From a virus (taxonomy: Duplodnaviria; Caudoviricetes): a stretch of DNA of 62,810 bases. The notes under the pieces are model-generated. The model was not told where the DNA came from. It saw only the letters and a list, made by a program, of their open reading frames with translations, and did no database searches. Shown here piece by piece: positions 37,701 to 46,837 of the stretch; positions within the stretch are counted from its first letter, which is position 1; each line of letters opens with the position of its first letter. The stretch covers positions 1 through 62,810 of IMG/VR virus record IMGVR_UViG_3300025652_007521. One strand, written 5' to 3'. Both the position numbers and the translations under genes were made by a program.

Positions 37701-40700
37701 ACGTTATTGATTCAATATTAGAAATTCAAGATTTAATGGGTGATGTTACTTCACTCAATAATGCAGATAATGATTTTAATAGCGCGAGAATTACTGATTC
37801 ATTAGTTGAACTAAAAACAGCTCTTGTTGGTACTGGTGATCTTACAGATACAATTGCTACTTTAAATGTAAACGACGAAACTGATTTTTCAGCTACAACC
37901 GTTGTTAATGCTATTGGCGAACTTCAAACTGATCTTGGTCAACAAAGTTTACTAAGTGCATCACCATTCCATGCAGATTTATATACAACCACAGGATCAG
38001 ATGTATATGCTAGTACAGATTTTCAATTAGCAATTAATGGTATTACTGCTGCAATCGGTAATGCTGATATTGGTAACGCAATTAATAGTGGTAGTAATGA
38101 AACTCTCACACAAGCAATTAGACAATTAAGAATTGATATTGGTGATGTTGGTGATAGTGGTGTAAATCTGGCTGCAGCCATAGGTTATTCAGCAACTAAT
38201 TTAAAAGCGGCTGTACTTGAAATACAAGGTGATATTGGTGATGTAACTAATATCAATAATGCAGCTGGTTATGTAGCTACTAGTGCAGTCACTGGTATTA
38301 CTGAAATTCAAGGATTAATAGGTAATCCTGTTGCTACTGCTGCTAACTTAGGAGCAATCAATACTCGAGTCCAAAAAGATACAGATGCTGATGTTGATGC
38401 CGGTGAAACTACAATTCCAATGGCCGATACAACCGGTATCGTAGTAGGTATGACGGTTCTAAATATAGAAACTGGTCGTACAGATAGTATTGCAGCTGGA
38501 ACTAAAGTAACAACTGTTAATAGCGATAGCGTTGTGATATCACCCATTACTGATGGGGTAATTAACGACGGTGATACCTTACGATTTGATGTTTCTACTG
38601 TTGTAAATGCAATTAATGCAATCGATTCTCGTATTGGATCTGAAATAAATGCAGCAACAATGGGTACTACTGCAGCTACGTTAGTACCGGCAATTAAAGA
38701 AATTACTGATGAGCTAGGTGATGTAACTGCAGGTAACCTAGGTACTACATCAAGTACTATTGTGACATCGATAAGAGAATTAGTTGATGGAACAGGCGCT
38801 GCAACAAGGGCAGTTTCTGGTGTTACAGGTTTAAAGCCATCGGGTAAATTAGATAAAATATCTGGTACAAGTACTGTAACCAAAAATCCTACTGTAACAG
38901 CAAATACTGGCCAAGCAAATATTACTGTAGCAGACGCGTCTAATCTAGTTATAGGTGCAGTTGTTACAGGTACTAATATTCCATCTGATGCATATATTGA
39001 AAGCATTTCAAATAACGTTATTACATTAAATAAAAATATTACTGTTGCTAATGTTACAACTGGTACAACTCTTACATTTACTATGGATCAGTCAATTTTC
39101 AGTAATATTAACTTCTTTGCACCAGGTACAGCTGAAAACGAAGAAACTACATTAAAATTCGGGCCTAATACAATTCTTGATGTTTCTGAAGGAACATTAA
39201 AAATGTCTAGTGCTAGTGCTGCATTCCAGGTTCAAAGTACATACTTAAAATTACAAGGTACATCAAAAACTGGATCTGGTTTACAAATCGATCGCAGCGA
39301 AATGCCTAATGTTGCAATTGAAGCTAGCTCTGATGCATTTATTGAATGGCGAGAAGATTTAATTAGTAATAATAATCCAAGCTCTGCTCATAACCTTAAT
39401 GATCTAGCATGGCGCGTTAGAGGTTTAACTGCAGATGATACTAGTGCTGCGGCATATACTGTTCCTAACCTTGATTTCCAAAACGCATATCGTTTATTTG
39501 GTATTGGTATATTTAACAATGCTAATACTATGGATAACGTTACTGTAACATGGGATGCTACTGAAAAACACTTTAATGTTTCATTAAACGATACAACCAC
39601 TGATATGACGGGTGGTGGTACTGGACCTGCGGGATCTGGCGCAACAGCTGGTTTAACTGCATGGGGTACAGCTGGTAAGATGCCACAAATTCATGTTGAT
39701 CGTCAAGGGCGAATTGCAGGTATTGCAGAAGTTTCAATGACAGGCTTTTTAGGTAACTTTACACTTAAAGGAGACAGCGGCAGTGATCTATTAGTTGCTG
39801 CAGATAATAATGTTCACATTACAGGTACCGCAGGAGAAATTGAAACTTCTATATCAGATGTAAGTGGTACAAGAACAATTCAAGTTGGTTTACCAAGCAA
39901 TGTAGACGTAGATGGAGCATTAACAGTAGCTGGTGATATCGATTTCAATACAACCGGTACTGTTAGTATTGGTACAGCTGATACCGAAGTTAATATTCCT
40001 GGTGAACTAAACGTATTCAATCTAAATGTAAGTGGTACTCAAACAACATCTACTGTATCTAATACAACAATTAGTGGTGATGCTTTTGTACTAAGAGCTG
40101 AAAATAGTAATGTACCAGCTAATGACGATACTCCAAAATTTGTGGTTGGACGAGGATTTAATACAACTAAGAATATCACTCAACTTGTTGCCGGTTTGCG
40201 ATATAAGATTGTAAGCGGTACTGGATTTACTTCAGTAGGTGCAAGTAATAATAATGTTGGTACAATTTTTACAGCAACCGGCGCAGGAACGGGTTCATCT
40301 ACAGCTAAACTTCAACGAGACGAAGCAGCAATTGCATGGAGTGAACAATATGATCAATTCATATTAACTCGTGCTGGTACTGCTGGTGCAGTTAGTACTA
40401 ATACTCAGCAAGGTGCAATCATTGCTCAAGGCGATACGATTGGATCTGCTACTAAGTTTACTGTTGCTACAAACAGCACAAATGCCGATAGACAAGTGTT
40501 ATTTATGGCAGCTGACGGTACTTCATCACTTATGAGAGATGGTGGATTACACTATAATCCAAGTACTAATGTACTTAAAGTAAATCATGGCAGTAATTAT
40601 ACAACGATTTCTAATAGTGGTAATCATTTTGATTCAAATATTACTGTACGTGATACCGTCGGTAGTGGTGCTCGTCAAATTAAAATCGAAGGTGCCAATG

Positions 40701-43700
40701 CAATACTTCAGTTAGTCGAAAACGATGCTAATGTTGCTAATAATCCATCTTGGTGGCATGTCGCCGATGGCGGTCATTATAGCATACGTTTAAACAATAC
40801 TGGTGCATATCCTTTGCAAATTGGTACTAATGCTGACAATAACGCTGTTTCTCATATTGATTTAAATTATCATACAGATATAACTGGTGGTCTAGACGTA
40901 ATTAGTGGTGGTACTAATCTAAAAGGTTTACAGCAAGTCGGCTTGTTTACACAAATGCGAAATGATGTTACTCAGGTTGGTAGCACTTTAGGTCATACAA
41001 GCGGATCCACAAGTATTGGTGCAGAGTTTAAAGGCAGAGTTAATACATCAGGCGATTTGTCAGTACTTGAAATTAGAGATGAACGAGTTATAAGTCAAAC
41101 TGATGGTAGTGAATCTTTTGGAAGTGCAACAAAACAATTACAACATAAGATAAATGGTACTCGAATGAGTTTCCTTGAGTTCTACGGAACAAGCGGTAAT
41201 ACACACTTTGCTCAGCTTGGCGGTATATCTCATGAAGTTCGCAAATCTTATCTACTTGGTCAAGGCAATGGTGCTACCAGATTATATCATAATACTGCTG
41301 ATGCACAAGCATCTCAAGATGTTTTACAAACGAAATCAGGCGGTATTAACATTAGCGGTAACTTAGAAGCAGATTCGGCTGATGTAACTGGTGATTTAGT
41401 AATTGGTACATTTAAAACTCAAGCTTACGGTCAATCAAGTTTAGTACCAAAATCACCGGTACATATAATTAAAACTGTAAGCAATGGTACTACTAATACA
41501 TTGCTTACATTAGAAACAGTTCAAAGCGATATTACTACTACACCAAATAAACAAAACATTGATTTTAGAATACAAGATACTAATAATGCTGCAAATTTAG
41601 CAAGAATTTCAGCAGCAGTAGATCATGGTGCTAATGGTGGTACTTATGGTTCAGTATCTCATGGAGAAGCTTGTTCTAATTTAATTTTTGGCACAACGAA
41701 TAATGGTACATTCGGCGAGAAAATGATTATCACTGGTAGAGGAGCGGTTGGCATTGGTACACTCAATCCGACTGTAACTCTTGATGTTGATGGTACAGCT
41801 AAAGCTAGTAGTTTTGTTGTTATACGTGATGCAGCTTCAGAAATTAAAATACAAAAGTCAAGCGGTAATACTGCTTATATTAATAAAGTTATATTATCTA
41901 ATACTAATTTTAATGATAAAGGTGGTGCAATATTTGCACAAAGCTCACAAGTTGGTGCTGCAATAGGTGATAGTAGTACTCAAGCTACATTCACAGCTCG
42001 TAATAATAACGATTCATACTTACAAATAATTGATGAAAGGTCTAGACTTTCCGGAAGTTCCACTTCTCCTCGAGATTGGTCAAAATCTCATAAGAGAATC
42101 GAGTTTGGTATTGATAGTACTCGTATGGCTTATCTTGCTGCAAACTGGAATGAAAACTACGGCTTCGAAATTGGTAGTGCTAGTCGAAATACAACAGATC
42201 CATTTAGATCAAATGCACGGCCATGGATTAGATTTAGAAGAGCTGCTTCTTATAATGGTCCTGGTGCGGTAGAATTATATCATGGCAACACAGATGCAGC
42301 TGGGTCAACGAAGAAGTTTGAAACTTTAAATGTTGGTGCTAAAGTAACAGGTCAATTATCAACTACCGGTAAATTAGGAGTTGGTACTGATTCTCCAGAA
42401 TGTGACGGACTACACGTTACAAACCTGACTAGTAGTACGATCGCCGGCGCAACAATGGCAAATGCTAAGTTGCTGGTTGGTACTGCAGCTGATGGTATTG
42501 GTTTAGATAATAATGAAATAGTTTGCTCGGCTGGTAATTTTTATATCAGAACCCTTAACGGATCAGCAGGCCATATTAATTTTGGCACATCAACAAGTAA
42601 TAACATGGTACTTACTGACGGAGGTAATGTTGGTATTAATGTTGGTGATGCTCCAGGTCAAAAACTAGATGTTGGCGGTAATATTAAGCTAAGTGGTTTT
42701 ATCGATCAAAACGGTACTGGCACTAATGACTTCGAAGGTCAGATTGATTGTAATAAGGATGTTAAAACAACTGCTTCAGGCAAAGGTTTCTATGCATTTG
42801 GTGGTGGTAGTGATTACCTCAAAATGATTCATGACGGAGCTGGTGGTCATATTACTTCAAATGATAAGCTAGAAATCGAAACTCCGCTCTTTGAAGTTCG
42901 TAAATCTGCTGCTGGTGAGTTAATGATTAGAGCTACTAATGACAATTCAGTTGATCTATATTATAATAATGCACTAAGATTCAAAACTACTTCTACTGGT
43001 GCTTCATTACCGGGAACTAGTAGAGCTATAGAAGCTATCGCAAATAATCAGACTTTTGTTGATAATTCTAAATTACATGTTGCTGAAATTAATTTTGCCC
43101 AAGGTAATGCACCTACCGATAGTGCAGCAATAAGATATGTTTCTACTACTGATGGTGCCAGAAACAGATCAGCATTAGACTTTAGAATATCAGATGATTA
43201 TAGTAATACTGCATCAATGGCTGATAAATTTAGATTCCGTTTTGATCCAACTGGTACTACAGTTAATAGTGGTAATGAATATTCATTGATAGAAATATAT
43301 GCTAAGGCTAATGGTTCTACAATGATGGATCTAACTCCATCTCCTGGTGGTAGTTCAAATGTTAAGTCTGACGTATTTACTGGTGCTCTAACTGGTAATG
43401 CTTCAACTGCAACAACTCTATCTGCTACTCTTGCAGTTTCCAAGGGTGGTACTGGTAACACAGCATTTGCAGATAAGGCTGTTATTATTTCTCAGGACAG
43501 TGGTACTGATAAATTATCTGCTGTAACAATGTCCACAAACGGTCAACTACTTATTGGTGGTACGTCTGGTCCTGCCGCGGCAACGCTCAGTGCAGGAAAT
43601 GGTATTGATATTACTAATGGTAATGGAACTATTACTGTTACAGCTGAGACTGCAACCTCTGGTAATCCTGGTGTTGCTAAGTTTAATACCGCTAACTTCT

Positions 43701-44818
43701 TGGTAACGAGTGGTGATGTTACAATTAAAGATAGTGGTGTTGCTACAGCTGAAATTGCAAATAATGCAGTTACTTTTGCTAAGATGCAAAATGTTGCAAC
43801 TGATACCATCATGGGTCGCACGGCTAGCGGAACAGGTGACCCTAAGGCATTAAGTGCTACTGAAGCTCGTGGAATACTTAATGTTGCAAATGGTGCTGAT
43901 AAGTTTTCATCATTCAATATAAGAGCAAATACTAACTCTGGAACAGCCGGTGCAGGTCATGCTATCGCATCAGGCAAAATGATTGCTTTCCAGGGTGTTG
44001 GTGCAACTAGTATTACACGATCAGGCGGTACTATTAAGATAAGCTCTAATAACACAACTTATAAAGCCGCGGGTGGAACTAGTTACTCCAATGCCGCCGG
44101 CATTTATCTAGATGGTACTACCTTTAAGCTTGGATATGTTATTAGACCTCATAAAAATCTGTATATTGGTAATAACTTAAAGACTCAAATACTATTCCAC
44201 GGTAATTCGGGTGGCGGTAGAGATGAAGATCCTTATATAAACTTCTATACTTCGCAAAGTGGTTCTAGAGCAATGACGATGCGCGTTGCAAAACATATGA
44301 CAGCAAGCGGAAGAGGAACTCCTAGTTCTGCTAATTCTCATAAAGCTGTTCTTTATGGAATGTACTCAGCTGAAGTTGATAAAACAATTCCAACATACGA
44401 AAGAGAACTTACTAGTAAAAAATACGTTGATTCTCTACAACCACAAATGGGTGCATGCTATCATACTGGATCAAAAGCCGCTAAATTATATAACTGTAGT
44501 GTAGCTAAGAATGGAACGGGTCGATATACAATAACGACAAGTCGTAATGAATCTGGCCAATATATGATTCCAGTTGCTTCTTTAGCAAATGATCAACCTA
44601 CACATGGTGGCACTAAGGGTGATAATACCGCAAATCCACTAGAATACAGTATTACTGCTAGGAGAACCGGGGCACGCACCATATTAGTTGAAATATTTAG
44701 AGTTAGATCTGCTAATGGGCATGGTGGTGGTAATGATCATAATGAGGTTGCAATATTCCATCGTGAGTTTATTGATCAATATTGGACATGTATGTTCTAT
44801 TTTGGAGAAGGTAAATAA
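34766..44818 (+). CDS. Giant 3350-aa fibre protein (segmented coiled-coil, fibritin-like region plus tail-fibre beta repeats)
   Basis: N-terminal SFEEWRQ.TNEIS..LG; about 23 helical repeats; many G.VGIGT..P and ELY...KFET fibre motifs; Gly/Thr/Ser/Asn-rich. Confidence 0.8.
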   Translation: MAQNKEIRVPKTSSFEEWRQSTNEISFDLGPIESDDNKNADSLDKETRLTDQAKIINVSTGVSTATSVDVGASAPWQGWNDFFALDGSTGKGASLGGFGGTLSGLGVGGTEIDDQEFSVAANGNITLAPNTSVYASNDLRATQGGTNYAQSGGDGGAYIEFNTFQKNTAWRGKTLQFTGDVNSNSLHSRYTVEAYIRTLDITNNYALLSEATAVITSANDWDISLDIEEGSNVEVQVGFTFGGRNANVSGSFDDGSIVVNNVELNVSIGASEIIDLDEEFIRDQSNGSNDVGMRIDLAPDKKLDMTAGYIIMDGASGHPTDFAVGNSVVQFTDNNNSNERVFTGDIVGITKDSTGNNISKLLITNVVGSFNPGLNLGSETNYSTQIVLAARLVRQVVGSLDFGYVRVYKTNSGTITKLEQSVTAANGFHLPRATFALPLTSGSTLPSSFIEGERIYQTADGNVESASNISSFSAVVLLGTTTAGKYALGSHGGFILYDVIGTFDPNRRLRGTTTPSATVEASRFSASHADCSIDNTFSSIIRLNTPAVTGDSYEIEFASAVDAIVELQDDIGKIEDLPTNTVQAGFGATGDRKAFDTTDLVTTLNTLQDMIGNAEMPIIANNEHLIPANVNTISGLAKSIVDFIGDTNLSDANLGATANTSSTLTNAITTIKNFIGSTDISDITTGENVTTTIAQLHDEVGDVELLDDTATTSAAGFNTNVLTTALIELRTLVCPGDIDAAKTALSANVAPAANFAATTNTDGIVELQTIVGDRVGISTANLIGTAAATNNIVAQINHIKDEIGTAALLTTSNGDIASAINELETNIRGTVNNYTITDNLPSDITYTVNNGIITAINTLTSFVGDTSLDAIGSSNTITSAVDKIHIELGEPDALNSAPTAYNDTSGQETDGVGGFRNAVAETASEATVVSALTELRQALVGNTANLAAVTNARIDTATSATIQNAITDLANLAGYSKTNVIDSILEIQDLMGDVTSLNNADNDFNSARITDSLVELKTALVGTGDLTDTIATLNVNDETDFSATTVVNAIGELQTDLGQQSLLSASPFHADLYTTTGSDVYASTDFQLAINGITAAIGNADIGNAINSGSNETLTQAIRQLRIDIGDVGDSGVNLAAAIGYSATNLKAAVLEIQGDIGDVTNINNAAGYVATSAVTGITEIQGLIGNPVATAANLGAINTRVQKDTDADVDAGETTIPMADTTGIVVGMTVLNIETGRTDSIAAGTKVTTVNSDSVVISPITDGVINDGDTLRFDVSTVVNAINAIDSRIGSEINAATMGTTAATLVPAIKEITDELGDVTAGNLGTTSSTIVTSIRELVDGTGAATRAVSGVTGLKPSGKLDKISGTSTVTKNPTVTANTGQANITVADASNLVIGAVVTGTNIPSDAYIESISNNVITLNKNITVANVTTGTTLTFTMDQSIFSNINFFAPGTAENEETTLKFGPNTILDVSEGTLKMSSASAAFQVQSTYLKLQGTSKTGSGLQIDRSEMPNVAIEASSDAFIEWREDLISNNNPSSAHNLNDLAWRVRGLTADDTSAAAYTVPNLDFQNAYRLFGIGIFNNANTMDNVTVTWDATEKHFNVSLNDTTTDMTGGGTGPAGSGATAGLTAWGTAGKMPQIHVDRQGRIAGIAEVSMTGFLGNFTLKGDSGSDLLVAADNNVHITGTAGEIETSISDVSGTRTIQVGLPSNVDVDGALTVAGDIDFNTTGTVSIGTADTEVNIPGELNVFNLNVSGTQTTSTVSNTTISGDAFVLRAENSNVPANDDTPKFVVGRGFNTTKNITQLVAGLRYKIVSGTGFTSVGASNNNVGTIFTATGAGTGSSTAKLQRDEAAIAWSEQYDQFILTRAGTAGAVSTNTQQGAIIAQGDTIGSATKFTVATNSTNADRQVLFMAADGTSSLMRDGGLHYNPSTNVLKVNHGSNYTTISNSGNHFDSNITVRDTVGSGARQIKIEGANAILQLVENDANVANNPSWWHVADGGHYSIRLNNTGAYPLQIGTNADNNAVSHIDLNYHTDITGGLDVISGGTNLKGLQQVGLFTQMRNDVTQVGSTLGHTSGSTSIGAEFKGRVNTSGDLSVLEIRDERVISQTDGSESFGSATKQLQHKINGTRMSFLEFYGTSGNTHFAQLGGISHEVRKSYLLGQGNGATRLYHNTADAQASQDVLQTKSGGINISGNLEADSADVTGDLVIGTFKTQAYGQSSLVPKSPVHIIKTVSNGTTNTLLTLETVQSDITTTPNKQNIDFRIQDTNNAANLARISAAVDHGANGGTYGSVSHGEACSNLIFGTTNNGTFGEKMIITGRGAVGIGTLNPTVTLDVDGTAKASSFVVIRDAASEIKIQKSSGNTAYINKVILSNTNFNDKGGAIFAQSSQVGAAIGDSSTQATFTARNNNDSYLQIIDERSRLSGSSTSPRDWSKSHKRIEFGIDSTRMAYLAANWNENYGFEIGSASRNTTDPFRSNARPWIRFRRAASYNGPGAVELYHGNTDAAGSTKKFETLNVGAKVTGQLSTTGKLGVGTDSPECDGLHVTNLTSSTIAGATMANAKLLVGTAADGIGLDNNEIVCSAGNFYIRTLNGSAGHINFGTSTSNNMVLTDGGNVGINVGDAPGQKLDVGGNIKLSGFIDQNGTGTNDFEGQIDCNKDVKTTASGKGFYAFGGGSDYLKMIHDGAGGHITSNDKLEIETPLFEVRKSAAGELMIRATNDNSVDLYYNNALRFKTTSTGASLPGTSRAIEAIANNQTFVDNSKLHVAEINFAQGNAPTDSAAIRYVSTTDGARNRSALDFRISDDYSNTASMADKFRFRFDPTGTTVNSGNEYSLIEIYAKANGSTMMDLTPSPGGSSNVKSDVFTGALTGNASTATTLSATLAVSKGGTGNTAFADKAVIISQDSGTDKLSAVTMSTNGQLLIGGTSGPAAATLSAGNGIDITNGNGTITVTAETATSGNPGVAKFNTANFLVTSGDVTIKDSGVATAEIANNAVTFAKMQNVATDTIMGRTASGTGDPKALSATEARGILNVANGADKFSSFNIRANTNSGTAGAGHAIASGKMIAFQGVGATSITRSGGTIKISSNNTTYKAAGGTSYSNAAGIYLDGTTFKLGYVIRPHKNLYIGNNLKTQILFHGNSGGGRDEDPYINFYTSQSGSRAMTMRVAKHMTASGRGTPSSANSHKAVLYGMYSAEVDKTIPTYERELTSKKYVDSLQPQMGACYHTGSKAAKLYNCSVAKNGTGRYTITTSRNESGQYMIPVASLANDQPTHGGTKGDNTANPLEYSITARRTGARTILVEIFRVRSANGHGGGNDHNEVAIFHREFIDQYWTCMFYFGEGK
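36435..38790 (+). repeat. Protein-level repeat array in the giant fibre (about 23 units, consensus TxxxAIxELxxxIGD)
   Basis: Examples: SAVDAIVELQDDIGK, NVIDSILEIQDLMGD, NLKAAVLEIQGDIGD, TLVPAIKEITDELGD. Boundaries are approximate. Confidence 0.8.
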
Positions 44819-44860
44819 TTTAGTTATATATATTATATTAAAAACTTATGAGGTGATTTT

Positions 44861-45334
44861 GTGTTTAATTATATTGAACAATTTAAAGACGGTAGTCTAG
44901 CTATAACATCAGCTGAAAACCCAATAGATGCTGATAGTGAATATTTTAATCCAGATGTAAAGAAAAGAATTGAATTATCTGAAAACGATTTAAATAAATA
45001 TTCGGCTGAAATTGATTATATTGATTGTTGTTTTTTAGATGAAAGAGATAAGTTAATAATTGATACCACTAAATTGTTGTCTAAAAAACTGCAAAACTTA
45101 ATGTTAAGGGTTGACGAAAGGTGTGTTCATTTGCGCAGGCTAATACAAGAAGCTGGTGTAATGGATAAAAAGGAAGTTGCTCAAGAAATTGCTGGAGTTA
45201 TGAAAACATTGAGGGCATTTATTGAGAATGATTTTTCTAATATTAAAACCGTTAATGAAATTGAACAAATAACTTGCCCCGAATTAAATATAGATTATGA
45301 TAGATACTTCTCAAACAAAATATACGGAATATAA
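44861..45334 (+). CDS. Hypothetical protein, possible fibre assembly chaperone
   Basis: GTG start with GAGGTG RBS; directly after the giant fibre; helical C-terminal half ending LR.......I.TV.EI. Confidence 0.6.
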   Translation: MFNYIEQFKDGSLAITSAENPIDADSEYFNPDVKKRIELSENDLNKYSAEIDYIDCCFLDERDKLIIDTTKLLSKKLQNLMLRVDERCVHLRRLIQEAGVMDKKEVAQEIAGVMKTLRAFIENDFSNIKTVNEIEQITCPELNIDYDRYFSNKIYGI

Positions 45335-45851
45335 TATACACGGAAAGGGTGTCCCAGCTCCTTTACATGTTGATGAATTAGAAAAATTATTAAAGAGTTT
45401 TGCTAATAAAGAGACATATGATAGCGGTGAAAAAAGTTTTAGATCTGGGGATCCAGATCCATATACCAATTATGCAGTAAATGCAAGAACTACGTACATA
45501 TCAAACGATAATATTATTAATAATTTAGTACCTACTTTAAAAAAATGTTTTCCTAATTTAATATTCAGAGTTACCGGTAATTTTATATATGGACCGGGTG
45601 ATGGAATTGACGAGCATACAAATGCTAATGATCCTTCAGATGTAATGTACATAACCTATGCAACAGGTAAATCTAAATTTTCATATCGTTATTCTCAAGA
45701 AGAACCTCTTATCGATACATATGATAAAGTAAATGGATTAACTTTACGAGCGTTTACATTAACAGAATCAGAACCATTTACATTTCACAAAGTAGAATGT
45801 GAAAGCGGATATAGAGTATCTATTGGAATACGGTATGTTAAATTATTCTAA
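45297..45851 (+). CDS. 2OG-Fe(II) oxygenase-like (double-stranded beta-helix) protein
   Basis: Y.PGDGIDEHTN (HxN in place of HxD), distal FHKV and RVSIG motifs. Confidence 0.6.
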   Translation: MIDTSQTKYTEYNIHGKGVPAPLHVDELEKLLKSFANKETYDSGEKSFRSGDPDPYTNYAVNARTTYISNDNIINNLVPTLKKCFPNLIFRVTGNFIYGPGDGIDEHTNANDPSDVMYITYATGKSKFSYRYSQEEPLIDTYDKVNGLTLRAFTLTESEPFTFHKVECESGYRVSIGIRYVKLF

Positions 45852-46164
45852 TCATTATATATCAGATACGAAATACATTAATATATCTAGTTTAATGCTT
45901 ACACTAAATGCTTTAAGAAAAGTAAAGTATGTAGAAGAATATAATATTAATAATACAACCTGTCAAACATTTCCTTTAAAAGAAAGCACTATGAATTATT
46001 ATCAAACAAAAGGTGTTTGTAAGGATCCTATTGTAGTTACAGATGACGATTTTTGTTTAGATGGTCGTCATAGAGTAGCTTTTCATAAAGAAAATAACAT
46101 TTCTATATTACCCGCGTATATTGTTCCTCAAGCTTACGTTAATAAATTTATTGAAAGTCTATAA
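45835..46164 (+). CDS. ParB/Sulfiredoxin-like domain protein
   Basis: DPIVV......LDGRHRV motif, then I.AYIV; ATG at 45835. Confidence 0.65.
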   Translation: MLNYSNHYISDTKYINISSLMLTLNALRKVKYVEEYNINNTTCQTFPLKESTMNYYQTKGVCKDPIVVTDDDFCLDGRHRVAFHKENNISILPAYIVPQAYVNKFIESL

Positions 46165-46174
46165 AAAATAGTTG

Positions 46175-46233
46175 TATAAATATACTATATTACTGCATTT
46201 ATTAGCTAGATAAGATCACAAATGATATAAATA
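46175..46233 (+). promoter_or_regulatory. Two T4-type late promoters
   Basis: TATAAATA at 46175-46182 and 46226-46233. Confidence 0.8.
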
Positions 46234-46256
46234 ATAGATAAATAGGATTTAAATAA

Positions 46257-46592
46257 ATGGCCATTATTTCAAATTTAATAGTAGACCAAGGGTCAACTTT
46301 TAGTGCAACCGTAGATGTTACAGATACCAATGGTAGTGCTACTAATTTGACTGGTTATTCTGTTGCAGGACAAGTGCGAAAAACCTATAGCTCGAGTACT
46401 GCAATTAATTTTGTTTCTAGCATTACTGATGCCGCTGGTGGCGTTGTTAGTATATCATTATCAGATACTGTTACAAATAATATGAAGGCCGGAAGATACG
46501 TCTATGATGTTGAAATCTTATCCTCAGGTGGGACTAGAACTCGGGTTTTAGAAGGCCAGCTGGAAGTAACACCTGGAGTTACACAAATATAA
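46257..46592 (+). CDS. Small virion structural protein (BppU-N-like Ig fold)
   Basis: NL.VDQG.TF, LTGY....Q.RK.Y.S, G...ISL....T......GRYVYDVEI, RV.EG...V.PGVT. Confidence 0.8.
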   Translation: MAIISNLIVDQGSTFSATVDVTDTNGSATNLTGYSVAGQVRKTYSSSTAINFVSSITDAAGGVVSISLSDTVTNNMKAGRYVYDVEILSSGGTRTRVLEGQLEVTPGVTQI

Positions 46593-46837
46593 TGTCTATA
46601 AAAGCTAAAATTAGACAAACTAATAGAGTTAATGCAAGAGTTAACCAAACTAGTAATATCGTTGCTGAAACTGTTCAAGTTTCAGCGGCTGGTTTAAAAC
46701 TAGAAGATTTAGCTAATGTTGACTCAACTAATATTGCAGAAGGTGCATTACTTGTATATAACGCGACGACTGAGCAATTCGAAACAACAAATGAATTGTC
46801 AAGCGAAAACCTAACTATCAGCGCAGGATTATTTTAA
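46592..46837 (+). CDS. Small virion protein
   Basis: L.DL.NVD......GALLVYN....F fibre-type motif; coupled to both neighbours. Confidence 0.7.
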   Translation: MSIKAKIRQTNRVNARVNQTSNIVAETVQVSAAGLKLEDLANVDSTNIAEGALLVYNATTEQFETTNELSSENLTISAGLF

